Shown: one piece after another, positions 9,507 to 16,913 of the stretch
How the letters are laid out: every line of letters starts with the position of its first letter
Numbering within the stretch: position 1 is the stretch's first letter
IMG/VR virus record: IMGVR_UViG_3300011116_000225
Span: 5,408 to 69,407 of that record
Origin: a virus
DNA length: 64,000 nucleotides
Reading direction: 5' to 3' (one strand)
Program-made: the position numbers and the translations under genes
Notes under the pieces: model-generated
Told to the model about the DNA's origin: nothing
Database searches by the model: none
The model's input: the letters and a program-made list of their open reading frames with translations, nothing else

Positions 9507-11563
9507 TGGCTACATCTAACATTGAGCGCGTGCAAGAGAACGTGCGCAGAATGCAGGCCCAGAATGCAACTGAGGCCGATGTTGTTGGATACCTAAAAAC
9601 TGAGGGTTACACCCCAACACGGTTTGAGTCAGCAGTCGCCAGCGCCAAAAAGGTTGGCGGCCCACCCATTGATGCAGGCTTTGGCCGGTCCTTACTTCAA
9701 GGCTTGACGTTCAACACTGCTGACGAGATTGAGGCCGCAATGCGTGCCTTAATGTCCAAAGGCATGAGCGCTTTTGATGCCCAGCAGACCTTGAGTGGTT
9801 TGGTGACTGGTCAGGCACCGCAGTCGCAATACGAGAAAGAACTGGCCAGAGTCCGCGCTGGAATCAAGCAGTACGAGGAACAGTACCCTGGCCGCGCCTT
9901 CACGGGTGAGCTTGTCGGCGGTTTGCTGCCTACGGCTGCGGCCTTGATTGCAGCTCCATTCACTGGAGGTGCCACGGCACCCGCTGCCGCTACCGGAGCA
10001 GCTCGCACGGCTGCTGCTTTGCCGACCCTTGGCTCAATGACTCTCAGAGGTCTGGGCTATGGCGCTGCATCAGGTGCGGCTGCCGGGGCTGGCGGTGCCA
10101 CTGGCGGCCCTGAGAGCAGGGTCATGGGTGGACTTGTTGGCGCTGGGTTTGGTGGTGTTCTTGGTGCTGCTGCACCGACAGTGACCAGTGCCATTGGTAG
10201 TGGTGTAGGTAAATTTACACAGGCCGTTGGCATGACGCAACCTGTTGACGCTGCCACCAAGGCGCGTGAACTGATCGCCAAAAAGTTGGCCCAAGAGGGT
10301 CTTTCACCAGATGAGTTGGCGGCACGCCAGGCTGCCGTGGTGCGTACCCTGGGGGCCAGAGATGAGACGCTGGCTGACATTGGTGGTGAGGCCATGCGCC
10401 GCCTGGCACGCGGGTCAATGGCAATCCCACAAGGCGCACAGACAGAGGTGCGTCAGATGCTGACCGAGCGTGCAGCAGGCGCTGGGCCGCGCATTACTCA
10501 AGACATTACTGACTTGACGGCCATTGGTGCGCGTGACATTGGTGAGGTGGCAGATGAGATCATTCAGCGCAGATCTTTGTTGGCCTCTCCACTGTATAAG
10601 CAAGCATATGATGCCGGTCAGATCAATTCATTTGCCATTGACAATTTGCTGAAAAAGTCGAAAGACATTCAGTACGCCATTAGTGAGGCTCGCAGACTGC
10701 CTGAGTATGCAGATCTGCCAGACAACTCAATGCTGATGTTGGATAAGGCTTACAAGTATGTTGGTGGTCTTGCAAACAATGCCAAGTTATCTGGCAAAAC
10801 ATCACAGGCTGATGATTTAAATAATTTGCGTATATCTTTGCGCAATGCCATCACAGATCAAGTGCCTGTTTACGGCAAAGCTCTGGATACGTTCTCCAGC
10901 GAATCCCTACTCAAAGACGCGCTTGAGCTGGGTTCAAAGAACTTCTTGAAGAAGACCCCGGCAGAGATCAACCGTGAGATCAAGAAATTCCCAGGGGATG
11001 CCGAGCAGCAGATGTATCGCCTTGGCGCGGTTCAGTCTTTGCGTGACGAGATTTATGGGATGCGCGAGACGGCCAACATCGCTGACAAATTCCTCAACTC
11101 GCGTGAGATGCGTGACCGTATGCGCACTGTTTTCAACTCGCAAGGCGAGTACGAGGCATTCATCAAGAACTTGGAGCGTGAGCGCCAGATGGCCGTGACC
11201 AGGGGGAAAATTGAGGGGAATTCAGTTACCACTCCATTGGCTCAAGATGTTGCCGAAATAACTGCTCAGTCACCATCAGAGATGCTGCAAGCCGGTGCCC
11301 AGATGGTTGGTGGCAATATCACTGGTGGTGCTATGAACTTGATGCGCCAACTTGGACCACGTCTGCAAGGCATGAATGAGAATGTGGCAGAGCAAGTGGC
11401 TCGCAGCGTGCTTGACCCGAGGTTCATGCAACAGCAAGAATTCTTGTTGGGCTTGACCCCACTCATGGATCAACTGCGTCAGCGTGCGCTGCAACAGCAA
11501 ACCCGTGCTGCTGGGACCTCCACCAGCGCAGGCCAATTGGTTCCCGGCTTACTGGCAGACTAA
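9506..11563 (+). CDS. DNA ejection/internal virion protein 3
   Basis: QGLTFNTADEI motif; helical, Ala/Gly-rich. Confidence 0.7.
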   Translation: MATSNIERVQENVRRMQAQNATEADVVGYLKTEGYTPTRFESAVASAKKVGGPPIDAGFGRSLLQGLTFNTADEIEAAMRALMSKGMSAFDAQQTLSGLVTGQAPQSQYEKELARVRAGIKQYEEQYPGRAFTGELVGGLLPTAAALIAAPFTGGATAPAAATGAARTAAALPTLGSMTLRGLGYGAASGAAAGAGGATGGPESRVMGGLVGAGFGGVLGAAAPTVTSAIGSGVGKFTQAVGMTQPVDAATKARELIAKKLAQEGLSPDELAARQAAVVRTLGARDETLADIGGEAMRRLARGSMAIPQGAQTEVRQMLTERAAGAGPRITQDITDLTAIGARDIGEVADEIIQRRSLLASPLYKQAYDAGQINSFAIDNLLKKSKDIQYAISEARRLPEYADLPDNSMLMLDKAYKYVGGLANNAKLSGKTSQADDLNNLRISLRNAITDQVPVYGKALDTFSSESLLKDALELGSKNFLKKTPAEINREIKKFPGDAEQQMYRLGAVQSLRDEIYGMRETANIADKFLNSREMRDRMRTVFNSQGEYEAFIKNLERERQMAVTRGKIEGNSVTTPLAQDVAEITAQSPSEMLQAGAQMVGGNITGGAMNLMRQLGPRLQGMNENVAEQVARSVLDPRFMQQQEFLLGLTPLMDQLRQRALQQQTRAAGTSTSAGQLVPGLLAD

Positions 11564-11569
11564 GGTGCA

Positions 11570-12802
11570 ATGATGGCGACAGAGGCATACACAGGAAACC
11601 CGAACATCGCAAGACAGGGTGCCAGAGCGCGTCAGATCGCCCAGGCACGCAATGTTTCAGACATTGCTGACCCGCGCACCTACGGGTTCATGCAGGGCCT
11701 TCTAGGCTCCACGCCTGACGAGTTGGGTTACAGCATATTCGATGACCCAGAGACAAGACGAGCTGCCCAGCAAGCTGCGGAAGTTGGCCTTGTTGGCGGT
11801 GGTCTGCTGCAAGCGATACCAGTCATTGGCCCAGCGTTGAAGGGTTATGGTCGCCTGGCTGCTGGTCAGGTCAACCGGGCCATGATGGGTGAAGGTGGTT
11901 TGCTGGGTCCGATCACGCCGCAGCCAATGTATGTTGTGCCGCCTGGGAAGAGTATTAATCCACTTAATCTGAACAAAGGAATTTACAAACCAGAGTTAAC
12001 GATGGAGGAAATGCTCAAGGTCAAAGACATTCCTACTGTTGATCGAGTGAAGCAATCAATTGATTTGGTTGGCGAAAAAGAATTTGAAAAGATGGTTAAT
12101 GCTCAGTATAAAAAATATAAACCATCAGACCAAGATCAAGAGGCAATGCTTGTTGAGTCTGTAACTCTTGACATTCTTGGAAGAGCGCAAAGATCCCCCT
12201 ACCCCCAACAGGCAGCATTAGATCTTGCGCAGCAACGGGCCGCACTGCCTGTCAGTGAAGGTGGTTTAGGTTTGCCAGCGAACAATACGCCTGAGATGAG
12301 AGCGCAGGCGATGGGGTTTGATACCCCTGTTTATCATGCAACTGATGTTAATTTCACTTCAATAAATCCATCTGTCAAAGGAAAATATGGCGCTGGTGTT
12401 TATACAGCTACAACACCAAAATATGCGGAAATATATGCACAAGGTGAAAACGCAAGAACTCTTCCTTTAATGGCAAGAGGAAAATTAGCAAGTGATGATG
12501 AAAGAATTGCAATTGCAGATCAGATGCTTGAACAATATCAAACCAAAGAAGGTATGGATGTTCCTCTTTGGAAAAAAATGACAAAAGAAGAATTAGCTAA
12601 TAGAGGATATACAGGCGTAAGTATTGGAAAAGAAAGATTAATGTTCAACCCATCTGATTTACGCTCACGTTTTGCCGCATTTGACCCATTCCGCAAAGAT
12701 GTGGCAACTGCAACGGCAATGGGGGTTGCACTGCCAGATCTGCTGGCAGCAGAACCTACGCCGCAACCTCAATCATCTGGGTTGCTATATCCATTCCCAT
12801 AA
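11570..12802 (+). CDS. Putative ejected effector with C-terminal ADP-ribosyltransferase-like (ART-PolyVal type) domain
   Basis: VYHAT...F...GKYGAGVYTAT...AEIYA...GYTGV...ERLMFNP pattern; AT-richer 3' half; absent from copy 2. Confidence 0.55.
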   Translation: MMATEAYTGNPNIARQGARARQIAQARNVSDIADPRTYGFMQGLLGSTPDELGYSIFDDPETRRAAQQAAEVGLVGGGLLQAIPVIGPALKGYGRLAAGQVNRAMMGEGGLLGPITPQPMYVVPPGKSINPLNLNKGIYKPELTMEEMLKVKDIPTVDRVKQSIDLVGEKEFEKMVNAQYKKYKPSDQDQEAMLVESVTLDILGRAQRSPYPQQAALDLAQQRAALPVSEGGLGLPANNTPEMRAQAMGFDTPVYHATDVNFTSINPSVKGKYGAGVYTATTPKYAEIYAQGENARTLPLMARGKLASDDERIAIADQMLEQYQTKEGMDVPLWKKMTKEELANRGYTGVSIGKERLMFNPSDLRSRFAAFDPFRKDVATATAMGVALPDLLAAEPTPQPQSSGLLYPFP

Positions 12803-13161
12803 AAAGCCGCCACCAGCGGATCACGTTTAATCTTTACTCTGCGGCCACGCTGCCGGGCCATTCTGAATGCCTTGTCATCGAGTGACTCTTTGCGCCGCCA
12901 CTTGCGCACTCTGTCTGTTGAGCTGACAGGTGGCTGCCTCACGGCATCAACCCCGATGCCATACCGATAGACGGCCACAGGGTTGTGGTATCCATCGAGC
13001 TTGACCCACTGCTGGATATGGACCAGGTTATCGTCTCTGAGTCTTTTAACCAGCATCCTGGCCGACCTGGGCGTGCAATAGATCGTCTCAGCAATCTCTG
13101 TCGTGGTCATGCCAATGTCAGTGATTGCCTTGATGAGACGTGGCAGCCGGGTTGATTTCAT
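12769..13161 (-). CDS. HTH DNA-binding protein
   Basis: MTTTEIAETIYCTPRSAR helix-turn-helix; homolog 48318-48695. Confidence 0.7.
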   Translation of the reverse strand: MKSTRLPRLIKAITDIGMTTTEIAETIYCTPRSARMLVKRLRDDNLVHIQQWVKLDGYHNPVAVYRYGIGVDAVRQPPVSSTDRVRKWRRKESLDDKAFRMARQRGRRVKIKRDPLVAAFYGNGYSNPDD

Positions 13162-13427
13162 TTGGCAGCGGCAATGACTTCAAGCTCAAGGTCTTTGACC
13201 CTCTCGCGCAAGAGCTGGTTTTCATGCTCCATGTCCCGGTACTTGCGCTCCATGCGCTCACGGGTGAATGTCTCGCCATGAACGTACCCGATCAAGGTGC
13301 CATTGGTGATGGCCTTGCGAATGAGTTGCTCATACTCATGGCGGTTCAGCATGACCCCTGCCATGCCGCCAGGGGCACGCATCTTGTTGACCTCGAGGTC
13401 GATCTGGTTTTGCATGGATTCGCTCAT
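13158..13427 (-). CDS. Hypothetical early protein (coiled coil)
   Basis: Conserved with 48692-48967. Confidence 0.8.
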   Translation of the reverse strand: MSESMQNQIDLEVNKMRAPGGMAGVMLNRHEYEQLIRKAITNGTLIGYVHGETFTRERMERKYRDMEHENQLLRERVKDLELEVIAAAK

Positions 13428-13639
13428 TGTTCCCTCGCTTTCAGCATGGCGTCTGCCATCGCGTATGCGTACTCAGCCGCTTTTTCAACGGGGCTACCAA
13501 GGGCGGTTCCCTGAGACTGAGCAAGCAGCCCTTGCATCGCTTTGGCTGCAAAGTAATCGCGCAAGGTCATGCCTTGAAATGCTGCCGCATGACCGGCGCC
13601 TGTTTCTGGAAACACTGGAAATGCTGGATCGTTGTTCAT
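13424..13639 (-). CDS. Small phage protein, GMTLRDYFAAKAMQG family
   Basis: Widespread phage motif PAFP...GMTLRDYFAAKAM...AYAMADAML; copy-1 only. Confidence 0.8.
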   Translation of the reverse strand: MNNDPAFPVFPETGAGHAAAFQGMTLRDYFAAKAMQGLLAQSQGTALGSPVEKAAEYAYAMADAMLKAREQ

Positions 13640-13641
13640 GC

Positions 13642-13827
13642 TTAAACCCTCCAAACCAAACAATCCAATGCCACCACGATCAGGCCAATGAGACTGATCA
13701 CGCGAATGATCTTCTCAGCGGTGCTGCACTCATGGACGTGGATCTCAATGGCCGCGCCATTCTCAAGTGAGTTGGGAAAGGCCTCTGTGAAGGTCCTGGG
13801 GAATTTTCGGGTTGTGTTGTTTTCCAT
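13642..13827 (-). CDS. Small membrane protein (TRKFPRT motif)
   Basis: AAGGAG RBS; C-terminal TM; conserved at 48964-49149. Confidence 0.75.
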   Translation of the reverse strand: MENNTTRKFPRTFTEAFPNSLENGAAIEIHVHECSTAEKIIRVISLIGLIVVALDCLVWRV

Positions 13828-13856
13828 GATGGGACTCCTTTTGGTTGGTTGCGTGA

Positions 13857-14033
13857 TCAAATGACACCTCTCATTTCTTGAGGCATCACGCCTCTCATTT
13901 CCCAGCCTGCCAGGAAATAATTCCATCTGCCCTGCATGGCGGGATTAGAGTACTTGTCGCCTGTCATGGCCAGGTCGGCCTCGGTGTAGCCTTTTGATGA
14001 CATCAGTGCGTGGAAAACTTGTCGTGCTTTCAT
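13857..14033 (-). CDS. Hypothetical early protein (58 aa)
   Basis: Hand-translated MKARQVFHALM...GWEMRGVMPQEMRGVI; homolog 49447-49599. Confidence 0.7.
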   Translation of the reverse strand: MKARQVFHALMSSKGYTEADLAMTGDKYSNPAMQGRWNYFLAGWEMRGVMPQEMRGVI

Positions 14034-14422
14034 GTGTTTTCCTTTATGCCGTGTGCGGCTTCAATCTGTCGCACCCATGTTTTGCATTGCTCTTGGCTTA
14101 ACCAATTGGGGCAGTTCATGTAAATCTGCTCATCTGTCAGCGGCTTGCGCTGTGGTGGGGATGTGTAGAGCGGTTGTGGTTTGCTGTAAATGACATTTGG
14201 TTTGTTCAGCCACATTAATTCGCCGTGCGTCCCAATACACGCCACAGGCTCTTGCTCAATCTCTTGCCCAAGCCTTTGCACTTCACGCATGGCGTGTTCT
14301 GCCAATGCTTCATTGAGGGCAGACCTTACTTTCGCTCGTAGTTCGGCATATCCGTCATCCGTGTGGTGCATGGTCGCCAAATCAAGCGCCAGCTTCATGG
14401 CATTTAGTTGTTGTGGTGTCAT
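14030..14422 (-). CDS. Hypothetical early protein (EQEPVA...PLYT...RKPLTDEQI mosaic family)
   Basis: ATGA overlaps; typical mosaic phage motifs; copy-1 only. Confidence 0.7.
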   Translation of the reverse strand: MTPQQLNAMKLALDLATMHHTDDGYAELRAKVRSALNEALAEHAMREVQRLGQEIEQEPVACIGTHGELMWLNKPNVIYSKPQPLYTSPPQRKPLTDEQIYMNCPNWLSQEQCKTWVRQIEAAHGIKENT

Positions 14423-14688
14423 GCTTGTCCCCTTGCTTCGATTGCCTCTATACACGCCGCAACAGCATGACGCTCCTTAAAACTTGACAATGGTTGCCCA
14501 GTGGCATATTTAGAAGACAAAAAAACTTTGAACAACTTTTTGCACTCTTTCACACACCTCTCACGCTCTATTGCTGTGGCTTTTTCTTCAACCAATGCGG
14601 CAAACTCTTCAGCCGCCTTTAGCCAGTGTGGGTGCTGTATTGGAAAACCAACCTGCTTTGCAAGTGCAATGATTTCATCTTGTGTCAT
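14419..14688 (-). CDS. Hypothetical early protein (MTQDEII...ERERC family)
   Basis: AGGAG RBS, coupled overlaps; copy-1 only. Confidence 0.7.
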   Translation of the reverse strand: MTQDEIIALAKQVGFPIQHPHWLKAAEEFAALVEEKATAIERERCVKECKKLFKVFLSSKYATGQPLSSFKERHAVAACIEAIEARGQA

Positions 14689-14834
14689 AACTTCACTCCT
14701 TCATACCAACCCTCGACATATGCCTCATGGAATCCCCAAGCGAATAGCCAAGTCCAACTGAGCTTTTCATCGCGGGGGTAAGTAATCTTGGCCATCAACA
14801 GGCACAAGTCTTTGCTTGGTGGCGGCGCTTTCAT
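14685..14834 (-). CDS. Hypothetical 49-aa protein
   Basis: Hand-translated MKAPPPSKDL...GWYEGVKL; fills the gap with ATGA overlaps at both ends. Confidence 0.6.
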   Translation of the reverse strand: MKAPPPSKDLCLLMAKITYPRDEKLSWTWLFAWGFHEAYVEGWYEGVKL

Positions 14835-15079
14835 TGGTTGCGCTCCTTTAATGCTTGTTCAATGGATCTCGCAAATCGCACTCTAAAGTTTGGCACTACC
14901 CCAACAAAATTTTCGTTTGCGACCTTATCGGCAATGGTTTCAATCTCCTCATCAGTCAGCCCAACCCATGTGCGCTTTAAACACAGAGGCCACACTTGAC
15001 CAAGCGGGGTGAACAAAGGGCAGTCTCTGTCTGTGCTGACCACGCCATTAGACGGGTCATGCCATGCAATTGGTTTCAT
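14831..15079 (-). CDS. Hypothetical early protein (WVGLTDEEI family)
   Basis: AAGGAG RBS before ATG 15079 (alternative GTG at 15121); copy-1 only. Confidence 0.65.
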   Translation of the reverse strand: MKPIAWHDPSNGVVSTDRDCPLFTPLGQVWPLCLKRTWVGLTDEEIETIADKVANENFVGVVPNFRVRFARSIEQALKERNQ

Positions 15080-15117
15080 TGATTCTTGCTCCTTAATTTG
15101 TTTCTTGCGCCAGCCAC

Positions 15118-15225
15118 TCACAGCGCGTGATACCCATAAAGGAAAAGCTCCACGGCCACCCGGCACAGGAACCCGATGAATGGCAGCATCACCGCCAAGA
15201 AAACACCAAACCTAAATGCGCTCAT
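15118..15225 (-). CDS. 35-aa membrane peptide
   Basis: MSAFRFGVFLAVMLPFIGFLCRVAVELFLYGYHAL; conserved at 49638-49745. Confidence 0.6.
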   Translation of the reverse strand: MSAFRFGVFLAVMLPFIGFLCRVAVELFLYGYHAL

Positions 15226-15380
15226 TTGCTTTGCTCCTTATGTTTCTGAATTGACTCACGCAGCTGCTGGCGCAGCCAGTTGACGCCGCCAAGACGTTTC
15301 CATTCAGCATAGTGCGCCGGGATCAGTCTGGCGCTCACCGTGACGGCCACACTTGTCATCTCACTCTTGGGTCTGGGCAT
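15222..15380 (-). CDS. Putative ribbon-helix-helix (Arc-like) DNA-binding protein
   Basis: MPRPKSEM...VTVSARL...WKRLGGVNWLR; conserved at 49742-49900. Confidence 0.6.
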   Translation of the reverse strand: MPRPKSEMTSVAVTVSARLIPAHYAEWKRLGGVNWLRQQLRESIQKHKEQSK

Positions 15381-15382
15381 GA

Positions 15383-15628
15383 TCACCTCCAGGCCGCGAG
15401 GGCCGTTGCAAGGTCTTTGGTGGACACGATAAGCTGATCAAGGCGCATGGACTCATCACGCACAACAAAGAGTCCAGGTCCTCGCTTGGTGCGTCCCCAG
15501 GCGTCTTTGCGGTTGACGTTTAACAACTCATTCTTGCGCACCGCGTTGTACACCTGATGGGTTGTGAACCCCTCATCGAGGCACTCGCGCATGGTCCGAG
15601 GAACCCGGCAAAAGTCACTGATCGTCAT
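15383..15628 (-). CDS. Hypothetical early protein (possible winged helix)
   Basis: Conserved with 49903-50148; alternative start 15637. Confidence 0.75.
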   Translation of the reverse strand: MTISDFCRVPRTMRECLDEGFTTHQVYNAVRKNELLNVNRKDAWGRTKRGPGLFVVRDESMRLDQLIVSTKDLATALAAWR

Positions 15629-15728
15629 CTTCTTCATCCTCTACTGGGGGTTCATCATCAGGGTTGTAATCTGCGCGGCGGGTGAGGATCTGTCCCCACC
15701 GCCACTCTTCATAATCTTCTTGGTACAT
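15615..15728 (-). CDS. Small acidic protein (37 aa)
   Basis: MYQEDYEEWRWGQILTR...DEEDDDQ; homolog 50135-50254. Confidence 0.6.
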   Translation of the reverse strand: MYQEDYEEWRWGQILTRRADYNPDDEPPVEDEEDDDQ

Positions 15729-15738
15729 GGTTGGCCTC

Positions 15739-15966
15739 TCAGCGAGGCTTTGCACGCGCAATGACGGCACTGTCGATCCAGTCACCCATCTGAATGGGCA
15801 TCCACCCATTCTTTTGCTGACGACCACGGGTGAGGTTTGCCAGATGGCAATAGGTGCTGCCATTGCGCTCCGCGCCGATGCCGACAATGCGCCATAACTC
15901 ACCGGCATACACAATGATGCAGTCAACCTTGCTGCGGTCACCGATGGTTGCTTGTACTTCTGCCAT
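15739..15966 (-). CDS. First gene of leftward early operon, hypothetical
   Basis: AGGAG RBS; replaced by an unrelated gene in copy 2. Confidence 0.7.
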   Translation of the reverse strand: MAEVQATIGDRSKVDCIIVYAGELWRIVGIGAERNGSTYCHLANLTRGRQQKNGWMPIQMGDWIDSAVIARAKPR

Positions 15967-15999
15967 TTCGTTTCTCCTGGTTGGGTTGTTGATATGCGG

Positions 16000-16030
16000 A
16001 TCATACACCGATTGACTATCTCATCAAATC
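16000..16030 (-). promoter_or_regulatory. Leftward sigma70-type promoter with overlapping operator-like element
   Basis: Minus strand TTGATG-N16-TATGAT; copy 2 has TTGACA-N16-TATGAT. Confidence 0.6.
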
Positions 16031-16071
16031 CCCTACGCTACACTCAACTATTCCACCCGTACAATCAACCC

Positions 16072-16165
16072 GGCGGGTTCATCCTCCCGCTGATTGCACC
16101 GGGCACTCCACCCGATGCGGTTGCCACTTAGGGGGCTGGGCAGCGTTGTCTGGCCCCCATTTTTT
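16072..16165 (+). ncRNA. Candidate three-hairpin small RNA ending in an intrinsic terminator
   Basis: TACAAT -10 at 16060; stems GGCGGG/CCCGCT, ATTGCA-CGGG/CCCG-TGCGGT and GGGGGC../..GCCCCC plus T-tract; loops invariant in copy 2. Confidence 0.55.
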
Positions 16166-16172
16166 CATGGTC

Positions 16173-16202
16173 TTGCACAAGTTGTCAATTTGGGGTTAAC
16201 AT
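16173..16202 (+). promoter_or_regulatory. Rightward promoter, probably giving a leaderless HTH mRNA
   Basis: TTGCAC-N18-TAACAT ends 7 nt before ATG 16210, no SD; conserved in copy 2. Confidence 0.45.
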
Positions 16203-16209
16203 CCAAGAC

Positions 16210-16446
16210 ATGAAAACAACCGACAACCCCATCAAAGACGTGCTGGTCAAGGCCAGCGCTGCTGGCTACACAATGGCAGACGTGTGCCGGGTCGCGCAGA
16301 TCGACCAGTCCCAGGTCAGTCGCTGGCTCAGTGGCCGCACCAAGCCCCTTTATGACAGCGTCAAGCGCCTCAATGACGCCACTGATGCCTTGGTAGCGGC
16401 CAGGCTTGAAGTGCTCAACAAGGCCATGGATGAGGCGCTCAAATGA
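16210..16446 (+). CDS. XRE/Cro-like HTH transcriptional regulator
   Basis: TMADVCRVAQIDQSQVSRWLSG HTH. Confidence 0.85.
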   Translation: MKTTDNPIKDVLVKASAAGYTMADVCRVAQIDQSQVSRWLSGRTKPLYDSVKRLNDATDALVAARLEVLNKAMDEALK

Positions 16447-16913
16447 GGCACATTGGCATCGACCCAGGTCTGTCTGGTGCTGTGGCCATCATCTCTGATG
16501 ACTCACTCAAGGTCTTTGATATGCCCACCATGACTGTGGACAGAAATGGGAAGGCAAAGCGGCAGGTCAGCGCAAATGAGCTGGCCGAACTGCTGAACCT
16601 GTACGCAGGCAAAGACTGCCATGTTTACGTTGAGCGCGTCTCAGCCATGGCCGGGCAGGGCGTGACAAGTGTCTTTTCGTTTGGCCGGTCATTCGGGATG
16701 ATCGAGGGAATCTTGGCAGCGCTCAAGATGCCCGTCACCTTTGTGGCACCTGCCACTTGGGTCAAGGGTGTTGGCCGTGGCCCTGGCAAAGATGCCAGCC
16801 GGGCCAGGGCAATGGAGCTTTTCCCCAATTACGAATACTTCTTCAAGCGCGTCAAAGATGATGGCCGTGCTGACGCTGCACTCATTGCACATTGGGGGTG
16901 TAAACATGGCTAG
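16443..16913 (+). CDS. RuvC-like Holliday junction resolvase
   Basis: IGIDPGLSGA, VERV, FSFG, ADAALIA motifs. Confidence 0.88.
   Translation: MRHIGIDPGLSGAVAIISDDSLKVFDMPTMTVDRNGKAKRQVSANELAELLNLYAGKDCHVYVERVSAMAGQGVTSVFSFGRSFGMIEGILAALKMPVTFVAPATWVKGVGRGPGKDASRARAMELFPNYEYFFKRVKDDGRADAALIAHWGCKHG

Noticed and set aside
16072-16130. CsrA/Rsm-sequestering RNA on the minus strand (GGA in loops)
   Set aside because: The -10 element and the terminator T-tract both favour + strand transcription; kept only as a minor alternative
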